The notes under the pieces: model-generated
What the model was told of the DNA's origin: nothing
Database searches by the model: none
Seen by the model: only the letters and a program-made list of their open reading frames with translations
Program-made: the position numbers and the translations under genes
DNA from: Clostridiales bacterium
GTDB taxonomy: Bacteria > Bacillota > Clostridia > Saccharofermentanales > DTU023
DNA length: 64,000 nucleotides
Direction of reading: 5' to 3'
Assembly (NCBI GenBank): GCA_004556455.1
Contig: SFGY01000001.1
Location: forward strand, 160,181-224,180
Shown here: piece by piece, positions 1 to 10,280 of the stretch
Layout: every line of letters begins with the position of its first letter
How positions within the stretch are numbered: position 1 is the stretch's first letter

Positions 1-146
1 TCTGGCAGGCCCTGCTGGAGCAGGATCGACTGCACAATATTCGCTGGATTAAAGTCAAAGGTCATGCGGATAATGAATATAACAATCGCTGCGATGCTCT
101 TGCTGTGGGCGAGATTGCCCGAAACGTGAAGGCTGAGAAAGAATGA
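1..146 (+). CDS. rnhA: Ribonuclease HI, C-terminal fragment (5' end lies outside the window)
   Basis: Reading from nt 3 gives [47 protein letters not shown]. The W.KVKGHA....NE.CD.LA pattern is the RNase HI C-terminal catalytic region. The TGA stop at 144-146 overlaps the next ATG (ATGA). Confidence 0.8.
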   Translation, partial: WQALLEQDRLHNIRWIKVKGHADNEYNNRCDALAVGEIARNVKAEKE

Positions 147-823
147 GCAAGCGAGCCGTCATAAAATGGACAGCGAATGAAGGGCATGAGTTGGAACAAG
201 AAAAAGATATGAATGAGCAGAAAAATGATCTTAACAGTATTCCTTCCGATGGGTTCTGTGATGAGGATCTGCAGGAGAATATTGTCGGGAGTGAAAGACT
301 CTATCATGGCCGCGTTTTGGATCTTGAGCGGCTGCAGGTCAGTTTGCCGGATGGCTCTGTGCAAACACGTGAAGTTGTGCGGCATCATGGCGGAGCCGCT
401 ATACTGGCGCTGAACGCTGAGTCAGAGGTGCTCCTGGTGCGCCAGTTTCGTGCGGCTACAGGAGAGATTCTCTGTGAAATTCCTGCGGGGAAGTTGGAGC
501 TGAATGAGGATCCTTTGCTCTGTGCCCAAAGAGAACTGGCTGAAGAAACGGGATATCATGCCAGAAAGTGGCAAAAACTTTCGACAATGTTCCCCTCGCC
601 AGGTTATACCTCAGAGCGATTGCATCTTTACCTCGCCGAAGAACTAAGCCCGGGAGAACAGCATCTGGATCAAGGTGAATTTCTCCATGCGTTCAGACTG
701 CCTTTCCGTGAGGCTCTGAAATGGGTGGAGGACGGCCGCATTTGTGACGCTAAATCTGCCCTCGCTCTCCTGCAGACGGCCATGATTCTGCAAAAACGTC
801 AGGAAACCCTGAAGATACGGTAA
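143..823 (+). CDS. nudF: ADP-ribose pyrophosphatase (Nudix hydrolase)
   Basis: Nudix box [23 protein letters not shown] (GX5EX7REUXEEXGU). The upstream [36 protein letters not shown] segment is typical of ADPRase. An alternative ATG at 209 is possible. Confidence 0.8.
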   Translation: MSKRAVIKWTANEGHELEQEKDMNEQKNDLNSIPSDGFCDEDLQENIVGSERLYHGRVLDLERLQVSLPDGSVQTREVVRHHGGAAILALNAESEVLLVRQFRAATGEILCEIPAGKLELNEDPLLCAQRELAEETGYHARKWQKLSTMFPSPGYTSERLHLYLAEELSPGEQHLDQGEFLHAFRLPFREALKWVEDGRICDAKSALALLQTAMILQKRQETLKIR

Positions 824-834
824 ATGAAACAAGA

Positions 835-3800
835 GTGATGACGAAGGCTGAAGAAAAGAAAAAAAATAAAGGCGCGGAGGCGCAGGAGCCTGAAAGGCTT
901 CACCCTGAGGATGAAGAAAAGCGGAGTGACTCCAGGCCCAATAGCGAACTTGCGGCCATTCTTTTTGGCGCTGGTGGCCTTCTGCTGGCTTTTTTTCTCT
1001 GGGCTCCCGGAGGACTCAGCGGCGCCCTCGGAGCTGCGGTCAGATCACTCAGCATGGGGCTATTTGGGAGTCTTGCTCTCCTGCTTCCGCTTTTATTCTT
1101 CTACCTGGCGACCGAACTCTTTCTTGAAAAAGCTGAACAGCTTTCAATGGGTCGCAGACTATGCGTTTTTCTGCTCTTTATCACTATTGTCAGTTTGATT
1201 GCGGCCTTCAGCCTTGATCCGGAAAAAATATATCTCGCAGCTTCGACTGAAGACAAAGTTCTTGCAAGCCGGGCGCTTGAGCTTTTTTACAGGGGCGGTA
1301 GCCAGCCTGAGCTTATCTCGCATGGACCTTTCTGGAATGGAGGCCTGGTCGGATCTCTTGCTGCCCTTAGTCTCATTCGACTGAGCGGTTATGCAGGCAG
1401 CCTGATTATCCTCATTACCCAGGTTCTTGCGCTCTCAGCGCTGGCCTTTGATTTGTCCTGGAAAGCGTTCCTTAAACGCACGGCGGTGGCTGTGAACTCA
1501 GGGGCCAGAAAAGTGGGCGAAGAGAGTCGCAAATATTTTATTTATCGTTCACGTCAACGGAGGGAAAATATGCTTCAACAGCAGGATGATGAAAAACTGA
1601 GAGCTCAGGAGGATCTGCCTGAAGAGGAAATACCTGAGGAAAATCCCCTGCCCAATTTCGACTGGACGAAACCACGGGATCATCGGCCTACTTATTCAGC
1701 AGAACTACATTTCCCAAACGCCCAGGCTCCGCTTGGGGTGGGTTCGATACCCTGCGCCGATGATGGTTTGGGCCCGGATCTTCCGCCAATGGCAGAGGAC
1801 GGTGGCTTTGGTCTTTCAGCTGCCAGGGCACAGACAAAGGGTGAGGGAGAAGCAAGGCAAGATTTTCCGTCCGTAAACTCACTGATCTGCCAGGCAGAAA
1901 TTCCCGAAACATCTGAACCTGTGGCCTATGGACTTCCACACGGAGACTGGCGTGGTAAGCCTCAGCTGGAGAGTGGCGAAGAGGGCTACAGCCGGGATGT
2001 GCATTTCACCAGAACAGATCATCCTATGAACGCGCCGGTTGAGGGCAGTGATGCAGCGGACAGAAATAACATAAATCTTTCTGCACAGAGGGAACAGGGG
2101 ACTGAATCCATTTCCCAGGAGGGTCACGCTACTATCTCCGACCCTATTGCAGAGCCTGCGGTTCGCCCTGTCTATATTCCCGTAAAAGAAGCTTATCTTG
2201 TAGACACGGCAGAACACAGCCGTTCAATTCATGAGACTGTTCAAAAAAGTCAGGGGAGTCTCACTCAGTCTTCGTCCGCAGCAGCTTCGGGTGGTGAAGA
2301 AAAAAGAAGAAGTCAAGTCACGGACGAAAGCAGGGAACTTGATCAAATTGCCCAGGATATTAAGGAGGATCAGGCTTCTCTGCAAAAAGAAAGTGCACGT
2401 GATCTCTGGAAGGATCGCAGCGAGGATAAAACACAAAAACATCGCCACGCCGGTGAGCAGCTTTCTCTCTTTGCCCATTATGAAAAGCCTCCTACCAGTC
2501 TGCTTAATGAAGACAAAGGGCAGGAACGAAGTCCGGAAGACAAAGAGGAAATCAGACTGCTTGGAGCCAAACTTGAAAAAACGCTCAGGGACTTCGGGGT
2601 GGATGCCCGTGTCATCAATTTCATCACAGGCCCGACCATTTCTCGCTTTGAACTAAGCCCGGGACCCGGTGTTAAGGTGTCAAAAATTGTCAACCTTGCT
2701 GATGATATTGCCCTGGCTTTAGCTGCTACTGGTGTCCGCATAGAGGCTCCTATACCTGGAAAATCGGCTATCGGCATAGAAATTCCCAACAAAAAAACCT
2801 CCCCGGTTTTATTGCGGGGCCTGGTTGAATCAAAGGCCTTTCGCAATGAAAAAGCTCCGCTCTGTGCGGCCCTTGGCCGTGATATCCAGGGAAGTGAGAT
2901 TCTCTGTGATCTGAGTAAAATGCCCCATCTTCTCATTGCAGGAGCCACCGGATCGGGGAAATCGGTTTGCATTAACTCCATTTTAATCTCGCTTCTCTTC
3001 CGCAGCTCACCGGAAGATCTCAAGCTTCTCATGATTGACCCGAAAGTTGTGGAGCTTAGCGTCTATAATGGCATTCCCCACCTTCTCGCACCGGTCGTGA
3101 CTGATCCCAAAAAAGCGTATGGCGTGCTGGAATATGCTGTCAATGAAATGACCCATCGCTATAGTCTTTTTGCAGAAAACAGTGTGCGTGATTTCCGTGC
3201 CTATAATGAACTCGTCCGCTATGGACAAATCGAAGGAGGGGAGCACCTGCCCCTGATTCTTGTCGTCATTGATGAACTCTCAGACCTCATGGCGACAACG
3301 CCAACGGAGGTGGAAAATGCGATTTCCCGCTTGACGGCGATGGCCCGTGCGGCGGGTATTCACCTGATTATTGCGACACAGCGGCCTTCGGTCGATGTCA
3401 TCACAGGCGTGATCAAGGCCAACATCCCTTCCCGTATTGCTTTTGCTGTGGCCTCTCAGGTTGACTCCCGTACCATTATTGATATGGGCGGAGCGGAAAA
3501 ACTTTTGGGCAAGGGCGACATGCTCTACTATCCGCAAAGCGCGTCCAAGCCCCTGCGCGGCCAGGGTTCTTTTGTCAGTGATGCGGAAGTTGAACGCGTG
3601 ATTGCCTGGTTAAAAAACCGTTATACGACGAATTATGATGAAAAGGTCCAGCGTGCTTTGGAACTCAGTGAGGGTGCTGATGGTAAAAAAGCAAAGAATT
3701 CGGGTGATAGCGAAGAAGATGAGCTTCTTATGGATGCCCTGCAAACCTGTATTGAAACGGGCTATGCCTCAGTTTCTTTACTTCAGCGCCGACTCACGAT

Positions 3801-3933
3801 CGGTTATCCGCGGGCCGCAAGACTGATTGATGCTCTGCATGAAAATGGCTGGGTGGGTCCTTTCGAGGGCAGTAAGCCGCGTAAAGTTCTCATGACAGCT
3901 GAAGAGTTTGAAGCGCTTAAAGAAAATTCATGA
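835..3933 (+). CDS. ftsK: DNA translocase FtsK/SpoIIIE
   Basis: N-terminal TM helices, a long low-complexity linker, then the motor domain with Walker A GATGSGKS, VVIDELSDLM, and IHLIIATQRPSVDVITG. The C-terminal gamma domain has SVSLLQRRLTIGYPRAARLID. GTG at 835 or ATG at 838 could be the start. Confidence 0.95.
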   Translation: MMTKAEEKKKNKGAEAQEPERLHPEDEEKRSDSRPNSELAAILFGAGGLLLAFFLWAPGGLSGALGAAVRSLSMGLFGSLALLLPLLFFYLATELFLEKAEQLSMGRRLCVFLLFITIVSLIAAFSLDPEKIYLAASTEDKVLASRALELFYRGGSQPELISHGPFWNGGLVGSLAALSLIRLSGYAGSLIILITQVLALSALAFDLSWKAFLKRTAVAVNSGARKVGEESRKYFIYRSRQRRENMLQQQDDEKLRAQEDLPEEEIPEENPLPNFDWTKPRDHRPTYSAELHFPNAQAPLGVGSIPCADDGLGPDLPPMAEDGGFGLSAARAQTKGEGEARQDFPSVNSLICQAEIPETSEPVAYGLPHGDWRGKPQLESGEEGYSRDVHFTRTDHPMNAPVEGSDAADRNNINLSAQREQGTESISQEGHATISDPIAEPAVRPVYIPVKEAYLVDTAEHSRSIHETVQKSQGSLTQSSSAAASGGEEKRRSQVTDESRELDQIAQDIKEDQASLQKESARDLWKDRSEDKTQKHRHAGEQLSLFAHYEKPPTSLLNEDKGQERSPEDKEEIRLLGAKLEKTLRDFGVDARVINFITGPTISRFELSPGPGVKVSKIVNLADDIALALAATGVRIEAPIPGKSAIGIEIPNKKTSPVLLRGLVESKAFRNEKAPLCAALGRDIQGSEILCDLSKMPHLLIAGATGSGKSVCINSILISLLFRSSPEDLKLLMIDPKVVELSVYNGIPHLLAPVVTDPKKAYGVLEYAVNEMTHRYSLFAENSVRDFRAYNELVRYGQIEGGEHLPLILVVIDELSDLMATTPTEVENAISRLTAMARAAGIHLIIATQRPSVDVITGVIKANIPSRIAFAVASQVDSRTIIDMGGAEKLLGKGDMLYYPQSASKPLRGQGSFVSDAEVERVIAWLKNRYTTNYDEKVQRALELSEGADGKKAKNSGDSEEDELLMDALQTCIETGYASVSLLQRRLTIGYPRAARLIDALHENGWVGPFEGSKPRKVLMTAEEFEALKENS

Positions 3934-4072
3934 TTTCTGAAAGCTACTGCTTTCCGGATTTTACTGGAACCTGGAAAACACTGATTCTGAAAAATGAAGC
4001 CTGCAAAGGCACGAAACATAAGCTTCTGAAATAATTAAAAATAGCTGATTCAGATTCAGCATGGAGGAAAAA

Positions 4073-4930
4073 ATGAAAGTACTGAATGGAAAAGAAATTT
4101 CTCAGAGTCTCCGCGATGAAGCTCGCGATGAGTGCGCCAGTTATGTGGCGAAGGGTCTTCGTGCACCGGGCCTTGCTGTTGTGCAGGCGGGTCTTGACCC
4201 AGCATCCGCTGTCTATGTTCGAAACAAGGAAAAGGCCTGTGCCAAAGCGAGCTTTGCATCCTTTAAATTTGAACTGGATGAAAATGTCAGTGAAAGGGAA
4301 TTCCTGGAGCTGATTGACAAGCTCAATCACGACGAAAAAATTGACGGCATTTTAGTGCAGGTGCCCCTGCCCAAACAGATTGATGAACAGAAAGTCGCGG
4401 CAGCTCTTGACCCCTGGAAAGATGTGGATGCCTTTAACCCGGTGAACACCGGCAGACTGCTTATGGGTTTGGATGGCTTCCTGCCCTGCACGCCTTATGG
4501 GGTTATGGAGCTGCTTAAACGCTGTAATATCGAGCTGAAAGGTAAAAATGCCGTGGTGCTCGGACGCAGCAATATCGTGGGTAAACCACAGGCGCTTCTG
4601 CTCCTGCGCGAAAATGCCACGGTCACGATCTGCCATTCAAAAACACGTGATCTTCCGGGGATATGCCGTAAGGCGGATATTCTTGTGAGTGCCATGGGAC
4701 GTGCCAAAATGATTGATGAAACCTACGTCAACCCTGATCAGATTGTGATTGACGTCGCCATCAACAGTGACGAAAACGGCAAGCTCTGCGGCGATGTGGA
4801 TTACGAAAAAGTCGCCGATAAAGTGGCTGCCATTACTCCCGTACCTGGTGGAGTGGGTCCCATGACCATCGGCATGCTGCTGAAGAATACCCTCAAAGCC
4901 TACCGCAGACACATGAAGCTCGATCAATGA
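4073..4930 (+). CDS. folD: Bifunctional methylenetetrahydrofolate dehydrogenase/cyclohydrolase FolD
   Basis: MKVLNGKEIS..., GILVQVPLP, GRSNIVGKP and VPGGVGPMT motifs. GGAGG at 4063-4067 lies 5 nt before ATG 4073. The ORF-track ATG at 4061 contains that SD. Confidence 0.95.
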   Translation: MKVLNGKEISQSLRDEARDECASYVAKGLRAPGLAVVQAGLDPASAVYVRNKEKACAKASFASFKFELDENVSEREFLELIDKLNHDEKIDGILVQVPLPKQIDEQKVAAALDPWKDVDAFNPVNTGRLLMGLDGFLPCTPYGVMELLKRCNIELKGKNAVVLGRSNIVGKPQALLLLRENATVTICHSKTRDLPGICRKADILVSAMGRAKMIDETYVNPDQIVIDVAINSDENGKLCGDVDYEKVADKVAAITPVPGGVGPMTIGMLLKNTLKAYRRHMKLDQ

Positions 4931-5442
4931 GCAGCAACAAGGAACTTGGTGATCTGACTCTCAGAGTCTTTACTCTGCTGCGTCAGCGCGGGCAGACTGT
5001 AGCTTTTGCAGAGTCCTGCACAGCAGGGCTGGTATCTGCGACCCTGGCGGAGATAGCTGGAGCCTCTGAAGTTTTAGATGGGGGAGTGGTCAGCTACAGC
5101 AATGAAATGAAAAGGGAATTCCTTGGCGTTTCGGCAGAGATTCTCGAGCGGGATGGAGCGGTGAGTCCACGTTGCGCAGTAGCGATGGCAGAGGGCCTCA
5201 GTCATCGAACGCACAGCGACTTTACCCTCTCTGTCACCGGCTTGGCCGGCCCGGGTGGCGCAGAGCCAGGAAAGCCCGTCGGTCTTGTCTATATCGCCTT
5301 GCATGACGCCCGCTCAAGCGTGGTGCGGCGCTTTCTCTTTAAGGGAGAGCGAAATATAATCCGCAGAGCTTCTGTCGTTTCTGCATTTGAACTTTTGCAT
5401 TGCCGCTTGCTTGATGAGCCTCTCTGCGGCGAAGAGGCCTGA
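4927..5442 (+). CDS. pncC: Nicotinamide-nucleotide amidohydrolase (stand-alone CinA C-terminal/PncC domain)
   Basis: TVAFAESCTAGL...VVSYSNEMK...GLAGPGG...GLVYIA is the CinA C-terminal domain pattern. It has an ATGA overlap with folD and sits directly upstream of recA, as in many Firmicutes. Confidence 0.85.
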   Translation: MSSNKELGDLTLRVFTLLRQRGQTVAFAESCTAGLVSATLAEIAGASEVLDGGVVSYSNEMKREFLGVSAEILERDGAVSPRCAVAMAEGLSHRTHSDFTLSVTGLAGPGGAEPGKPVGLVYIALHDARSSVVRRFLFKGERNIIRRASVVSAFELLHCRLLDEPLCGEEA

Positions 5443-5494
5443 GGGATTTTAATGAAACCCGGGTGCCTTTGTCGCCATTTGTCGTGGACTTTCG

Positions 5495-5523
5495 TTGCAG
5501 GCCAGAGGGCCTTTTCGTATAAT
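5495..5523 (+). promoter_or_regulatory. Candidate sigma-A promoter of recA (TTGCAG-17 nt-TATAAT)
   Basis: TTGCAG at 5495-5500, a 17-nt spacer, and TATAAT at 5518-5523, about 38 nt upstream of the recA ATG. GGAGG lies at 5549-5553. Confidence 0.45.
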
Positions 5524-5560
5524 TTAAATATGCGTAAATAGTTAGTTGGAGGATCTTTAG

Positions 5561-6709
5561 ATGGCTAGAAATAAAAATGGTAAATCCAAACAGCGTGTCG
5601 AACCCGTTAGTGTTGAGGACCGCAAGGCCGCTCTGGACATCGCCCTTGAACAGATTGAAAAACAATTCGGCAAGGGAGCGGTTCAGATCCTGGGTGATGA
5701 TACCCAGCCCCGCTATATTGAATCGATTTCCACCGGCGCGCTTTCACTGGATGTAGCTCTTGGAATTGGCGGTTTTCCTCGCGGCCGGGTCACCGAAATC
5801 TACGGACCCGAGTCTTCGGGCAAAACCACTCTGGCTCTGCATTGTATTGCTCAGGCTCAGAAAGCCAATGGCATCGCGGCATTCATTGATGCAGAACACG
5901 CCCTGGAACCGGCCTATGCAGAGAAAATCGGCGTTGATATCGACAACCTCATTATTTCTCAGCCGGATAATGGCGAGCAGGCGCTGGAGATTACAGAAGC
6001 TCTGGCGCGCAGCGGAGCTGTTGATCTTATCGTCGTCGACTCTGTGGCGGCGCTGGTACCCAAAGCAGAAATTGACGGCGAAATGGGCGAGTCGCTTCCC
6101 GGACAGCAGGCCCGTCTGATGTCCCAGGCTCTGCGTAAGTTAGTTGGTGTTCTTAATAAATCCCAGACAGCGGTCATCTTTATCAATCAGTTGCGTGAGA
6201 AGATCGGCGTCATGTTTGGCAGCCCGGAAACGACAACCGGTGGTCGTGCTCTGAAATTTTACTCTTCCGTACGTCTTGATGTGCGTCGCATAGAGACCCT
6301 GAAAAATGCGGATAAGGTGATCGGTTCACATACGAGAGTTCGTGTGGTCAAGAACAAGGTTGCACCACCTTTCCGCGAAGCTGAATTTGACATTCTCTAT
6401 GATGAAGGAATCTCTGATGCCGGCTGTATTCTTGATATGGGCGCCGATCTCAACTTTATCGAAAAGAGCGGTTCCTGGTATTCCTACGAAGGGGAACGAA
6501 TCGGTCAGGGTCGGGAAAATGCAAGACAGTGGCTGAAAGAACATCCGGAAGAAGCGCAGGTGGTGCGTGCCCGTATTCTTAATTACTACGAGCCGGAAGA
6601 AGAGGATGAGGAAGAAGAGGATCCTGCTCCTGCTGCAGGCAGCAAAGATTCTAAAAAAGCTGCGAAAAAAGAAGACGACGTGGACGAACTCCTGAACCTT
6701 GAACTCTAA
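5561..6709 (+). CDS. recA: Recombinase RecA
   Basis: [17 protein letters not shown], Walker [23 protein letters not shown] and [35 protein letters not shown]. It carries a long acidic/lysine-rich C-terminal tail. Confidence 0.98.
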   Translation: MARNKNGKSKQRVEPVSVEDRKAALDIALEQIEKQFGKGAVQILGDDTQPRYIESISTGALSLDVALGIGGFPRGRVTEIYGPESSGKTTLALHCIAQAQKANGIAAFIDAEHALEPAYAEKIGVDIDNLIISQPDNGEQALEITEALARSGAVDLIVVDSVAALVPKAEIDGEMGESLPGQQARLMSQALRKLVGVLNKSQTAVIFINQLREKIGVMFGSPETTTGGRALKFYSSVRLDVRRIETLKNADKVIGSHTRVRVVKNKVAPPFREAEFDILYDEGISDAGCILDMGADLNFIEKSGSWYSYEGERIGQGRENARQWLKEHPEEAQVVRARILNYYEPEEEDEEEEDPAPAAGSKDSKKAAKKEDDVDELLNLEL

Positions 6710-7269
6710 TGCAGCAAAAAGAACAGAGTGATTTGAGAAAAAAGAAAGCTGAAGCGGCTCTGGCAAAAATAGAAGAGGCTTTTGCTTCAGGTCTTCAGGA
6801 CGAGAAACGCGAAAGGGCTGCAGCCTGGCAAAAAGGCCGGGAAATTGCCCTGCGCTACATTGGAGTGGACAAAAGTAAGAGCAGTGGCCGTGTGCGTGAG
6901 CGTTTGCGCTCCCGCGGACTTGAGCCTGATCTGGTTGAAGAAGTGCTGGAGAGCCTCAGACAGGATGGTTATTTAGATGACAAGCGTGCCTGTGCACGCA
7001 TTGCTCTGCGTCACCGCGGTCGCCAATCCAAATCGAAACGCTATATGCTTCGCCTGTTTATAGAACAGGGCGTGAGCCCGGATGTTGCAGAAGCCTATCT
7101 GGCTCAACTTCCCGATGATGGGGAGAGTATACGTGAACTTGATTTAAGTCTGGCGCGGGGTGATGAAAAAGAGCGGACGCGCCTGATGCGGCGTCTGGCA
7201 GGTCGGGGCTATGCCCCTTCACTGATTACCCGCACCATGGAGCAAGTTAGAATGGAAGCGGAAAACTGA
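6709..7269 (+). CDS. recX: Recombination regulator RecX
   Basis: The start overlaps the recA stop (TAATG). It shows the repeated three-helix pattern (ALRYIG...SRGLEPDLVEEVLESLRQDGYLDD.R.A...) typical of RecX. Confidence 0.85.
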   Translation: MQQKEQSDLRKKKAEAALAKIEEAFASGLQDEKRERAAAWQKGREIALRYIGVDKSKSSGRVRERLRSRGLEPDLVEEVLESLRQDGYLDDKRACARIALRHRGRQSKSKRYMLRLFIEQGVSPDVAEAYLAQLPDDGESIRELDLSLARGDEKERTRLMRRLAGRGYAPSLITRTMEQVRMEAEN

Positions 7270-8642
7270 TGCAGGAACGATATTATCTTCTTTCTCTGGG
7301 GTGTCCCAAAAATGAGGTCGACGCTGAGGTTATGACTACGCGTCTTGAGGAAAGCACTTTCCAATTTACACCCCATCCCTCCCAGGCAGATTTTCTCATT
7401 GTTAACACCTGTGCTTTTATCGATGCGGCTAAAAAAGAAGCAATTGAGGCTATCCTCGATCTGGCTGCCATTAAAGAAGAACAGAAAGCCCGGGGAAGAG
7501 AAGTTTATCTGCTGGTAACCGGCTGCCTTGCTCAGCGCTATGCTGAGGAGATTTATCATGAATTTCCTGAAGTTGACAGTGTTCTGGGAACTCGTGAATA
7601 CGGTAAAATCGTGGAGCGCTGCAAAGCGTTGAAGCAAAGGGCGGAGCGCATTTGTACCCTGCCTGCCAAAGGTGACAGTCTGGCGCATCTGAAAAAACCA
7701 CATAAAGCTTCACCAGACAGACCTTACGCCTATTTGAAGATCGCCGAAGGCTGCAGTAATGCCTGTGCTTTCTGTGCGATTCCTTCCATTCGCGGTGGTA
7801 TGAAATCGCGCCCGATCGAAGAGCTTGTTGAGGAAGCGCGGAGCTTTGCTGAGGCAGGTTTTAAAGAACAGATTCTCATTGCTCAGGATAGCAGCCGCTA
7901 TGGGCAGGATCTCTATGGGGAACCCTCCCTGCCCAAACTTCTGCGGGAGCTGGTTAAAGTTCCCGGAATTGAGCGCCTTCGCCTCATGTATGTTTATGGC
8001 GATAGCTTTTCTGACGAGCTCATCGAACTCATGCAGCAGGAACCTAAGATTCTGCGCTATATTGATCTCCCTGTTCAACACGCTTCTGACCGCATTCTCA
8101 CGGCCATGCGTCGACGTGAAACGCGCAGTTCCCTTGAAGCTCTCATCACCAAACTTCGCTCAGCTCTGCCCGGATTGATTCTCCGAACAACCGTCATGGT
8201 GGGCTTTCCAGGTGAGACTGACGAAGATTTTCAGGAGCTCCTCGAGTTTACGAAAAAAATGGCTTTTGATCGTCTCGGCTGCTTTACCTTCTGCCCGGAA
8301 GAAGGAACCCTTGCTGCAGGCATGAAGGATCAGGTCGATCCGGCTGTCGCCCAGGCTCGCTATGAGGCCATTATGAGTCAGCAGCAGGGCATAAGCCGCA
8401 AGGCCAATGAGGCGCGAATCGGCCAAATTTGTGATATTCTCTTAGAAGGGATCAGCGAAGATGGCATTTTCTTTACAGGCCGTTCTTATGGAGAAGCCCC
8501 GGATATTGATCCCGTTATCAGGATTGCAGCGCAGGCCCCTGGGCATGAAACAGGAGATCTGCTCCGCTGCAGGATTGTAACAGCCGGGGATTATGAGCTC
8601 ACCGCGGTGAGTTTGGAGGGTGCATATGAACTTAGCGAATAA
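7269..8642 (+). CDS. rimO: Ribosomal protein S12 methylthiotransferase RimO (radical SAM)
   Basis: N-terminal SLGCPKNEVDAE (RimO-type UPF0004 domain), radical-SAM cluster motif CSNACAFCAIP, and a C-terminal TRAM-like domain. Confidence 0.9.
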   Translation: MQERYYLLSLGCPKNEVDAEVMTTRLEESTFQFTPHPSQADFLIVNTCAFIDAAKKEAIEAILDLAAIKEEQKARGREVYLLVTGCLAQRYAEEIYHEFPEVDSVLGTREYGKIVERCKALKQRAERICTLPAKGDSLAHLKKPHKASPDRPYAYLKIAEGCSNACAFCAIPSIRGGMKSRPIEELVEEARSFAEAGFKEQILIAQDSSRYGQDLYGEPSLPKLLRELVKVPGIERLRLMYVYGDSFSDELIELMQQEPKILRYIDLPVQHASDRILTAMRRRETRSSLEALITKLRSALPGLILRTTVMVGFPGETDEDFQELLEFTKKMAFDRLGCFTFCPEEGTLAAGMKDQVDPAVAQARYEAIMSQQQGISRKANEARIGQICDILLEGISEDGIFFTGRSYGEAPDIDPVIRIAAQAPGHETGDLLRCRIVTAGDYELTAVSLEGAYELSE

Positions 8643-9213
8643 GATCACGATCCTGCGCATCGTGCTCATTCCCTTTATCCTGCTCTTTTTGCTGCCACTG
8701 CCTTTCGCCTGGGCACAGGGCTGGAATAACTTTATTGCCGGACCCGGCGCTCATGTGATTGCCCTTCTGATTTTTATCCTGGCCTGCCTCAGCGATTTCC
8801 TTGACGGACGGATTGCCCGCTCCCGTAATCTGGTGAGCAATTTTGGTAAACTCATGGACCCTATTGCAGACAAGCTGCTGGTGCTGGTCATTTTCATGGC
8901 TTTTGTGCAGAGAGGCCGTATCGGCACGCTCTTTCTTGCTTTAATTATGGCGAGAGAGTTCATTGTCACAGGAATCAGACAGATCGCAGCTGCTCACGGC
9001 AAAGTTATTGCAGCGAGCAAATTTGGCAAGTGGAAAACTTTCAGTCAGATGCTCTGCCTGATATGGCTGATTTTAGAACCTGTCATCCAGCCTCATTTCG
9101 GTATTGCCCGGGTGATGCAGATTGGACATTCCTGGTGTGCTTTTGCCCTTATCATGACGCTGCTTTCCGGACTTGATTACTGGATGAAGAACAAAGATAT
9201 TATTTTTTCCTGA
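8626..9213 (+). CDS. pgsA: CDP-diacylglycerol--glycerol-3-phosphate 3-phosphatidyltransferase
   Basis: NKITILRI..., CDP-alcohol phosphatidyltransferase motif DFLDGRIAR....SNFGKLMDPIADK. GGAGGG at 8615-8620 lies 5 nt before ATG 8626. Confidence 0.9.
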   Translation: MNLANKITILRIVLIPFILLFLLPLPFAWAQGWNNFIAGPGAHVIALLIFILACLSDFLDGRIARSRNLVSNFGKLMDPIADKLLVLVIFMAFVQRGRIGTLFLALIMAREFIVTGIRQIAAAHGKVIAASKFGKWKTFSQMLCLIWLILEPVIQPHFGIARVMQIGHSWCAFALIMTLLSGLDYWMKNKDIIFS

Positions 9214-9317
9214 AGAGGTTGAACTGTTTATAACTTTTTGCTGCAGATCATAAAAGCTGAGCTTGACAATCTGCCAGGCTTAACTAAAAATGATGAAATG
9301 CAAGAGGAGGAACTTTC

Positions 9318-9557
9318 ATGAATCAAGATGAAATTTTTGAAAAAGTAAGAAATATTCTTGCGGAAGGTCTGGGCATTGAAGAAGAGATCATCACGATGGA
9401 CTCTGATTTTATTGATGACCTTAATGCAGATTCACTCGATATTGTCGATCTGGTGGTGGAGTTGGAACACGAATTTAACCTCTCTATTCCTGACGAAGAA
9501 GCCGAACGTATCAAGACGGTCGGAGATGCTGTCGAATATATTCAAAATAATCTCTGA
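9318..9557 (+). CDS. acpP: Acyl carrier protein
   Basis: 79 aa with the phosphopantetheine attachment motif [13 protein letters not shown]. It has a strong SD (GAGGAGG). Confidence 0.95.
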   Translation: MNQDEIFEKVRNILAEGLGIEEEIITMDSDFIDDLNADSLDIVDLVVELEHEFNLSIPDEEAERIKTVGDAVEYIQNNL

Positions 9558-9566
9558 TGCGTGGGC

Positions 9567-10274
9567 ATGAGGGAAGAGGTCAGTCAATTTATTCAGAGGG
9601 CTGAGTTGCCTTTTGACAAAGACGATGTACTCGAAACAGCGCTGACACATTCAAGTTGGGCCTATGAGCACGCTCCGGAAAGACGGGCAGATAATGAACG
9701 CCTGGAATTTCTTGGCGATGCGGTCTTGCAGCTTAGCGTCAGTACTGCACTTTTCTCTTTGAGTCCATCTATGGCTGAGGGGCGCATGAGTAAGATGCGC
9801 TCCCTTTTAGTGTGTGAGGAAACTCTCGCCAACCTGGCGCGAAAGCTTGATCTTGGCGCTGTTTTGCTCCTTGGGCATGGTGAAGAGATCACTGGCGGTC
9901 GAGAGAAAGATTCAAACCTTGCCAATGCCATGGAAGCCGTGATGGGCGCCCTCTATCTGGAAAAAGGCTTTGATCTGGCCTCTGCCTGGGTGCTGCGCGA
10001 ACTTCAACCTTATCTGGAACTGGTGCTGCACGGGCAACTGCGCTATGACTATAAGAGCGCTTTACTTGAATTTGCTCAGACTCTGAGTACACGACCGCAG
10101 GTTCGTTTTGAAATTGTCAGAGAAGAAGGTCCTGTACACGATCGCATCTTTACCACTGAAGTGAAGTTTGATGACCGCCCTCTTGGACGGGGGAGTGGCC
10201 GAAGTAAAAAAGAAGCAGAACAAAAAGCTTCCCGTTTCGTCCTGGAACAACTTTCAGGTACGATGGAGTCTTGA
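9567..10274 (+). CDS. rnc: Ribonuclease III
   Basis: ALTHSSWAYE, the signature ERLEFLGDAVL, and a C-terminal dsRBD (GPVHDRIFTTEV...GRGSGRSKKEAEQKAS). GTG at 9561 is an alternative start. Confidence 0.95.
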   Translation: MREEVSQFIQRAELPFDKDDVLETALTHSSWAYEHAPERRADNERLEFLGDAVLQLSVSTALFSLSPSMAEGRMSKMRSLLVCEETLANLARKLDLGAVLLLGHGEEITGGREKDSNLANAMEAVMGALYLEKGFDLASAWVLRELQPYLELVLHGQLRYDYKSALLEFAQTLSTRPQVRFEIVREEGPVHDRIFTTEVKFDDRPLGRGSGRSKKEAEQKASRFVLEQLSGTMES

Positions 10275-10280
10275 GCGGCC

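Noticed and set aside
5443-5560. A LexA/DinR (Cheo box, GAAC-N4-GTTC) SOS operator upstream of recA.
   Set aside because: No GAAC...GTTC palindrome is present in the spacer. Only a promoter-like TTGCAG-17-TATAAT was found. A divergent LexA site cannot be excluded without a matrix search.
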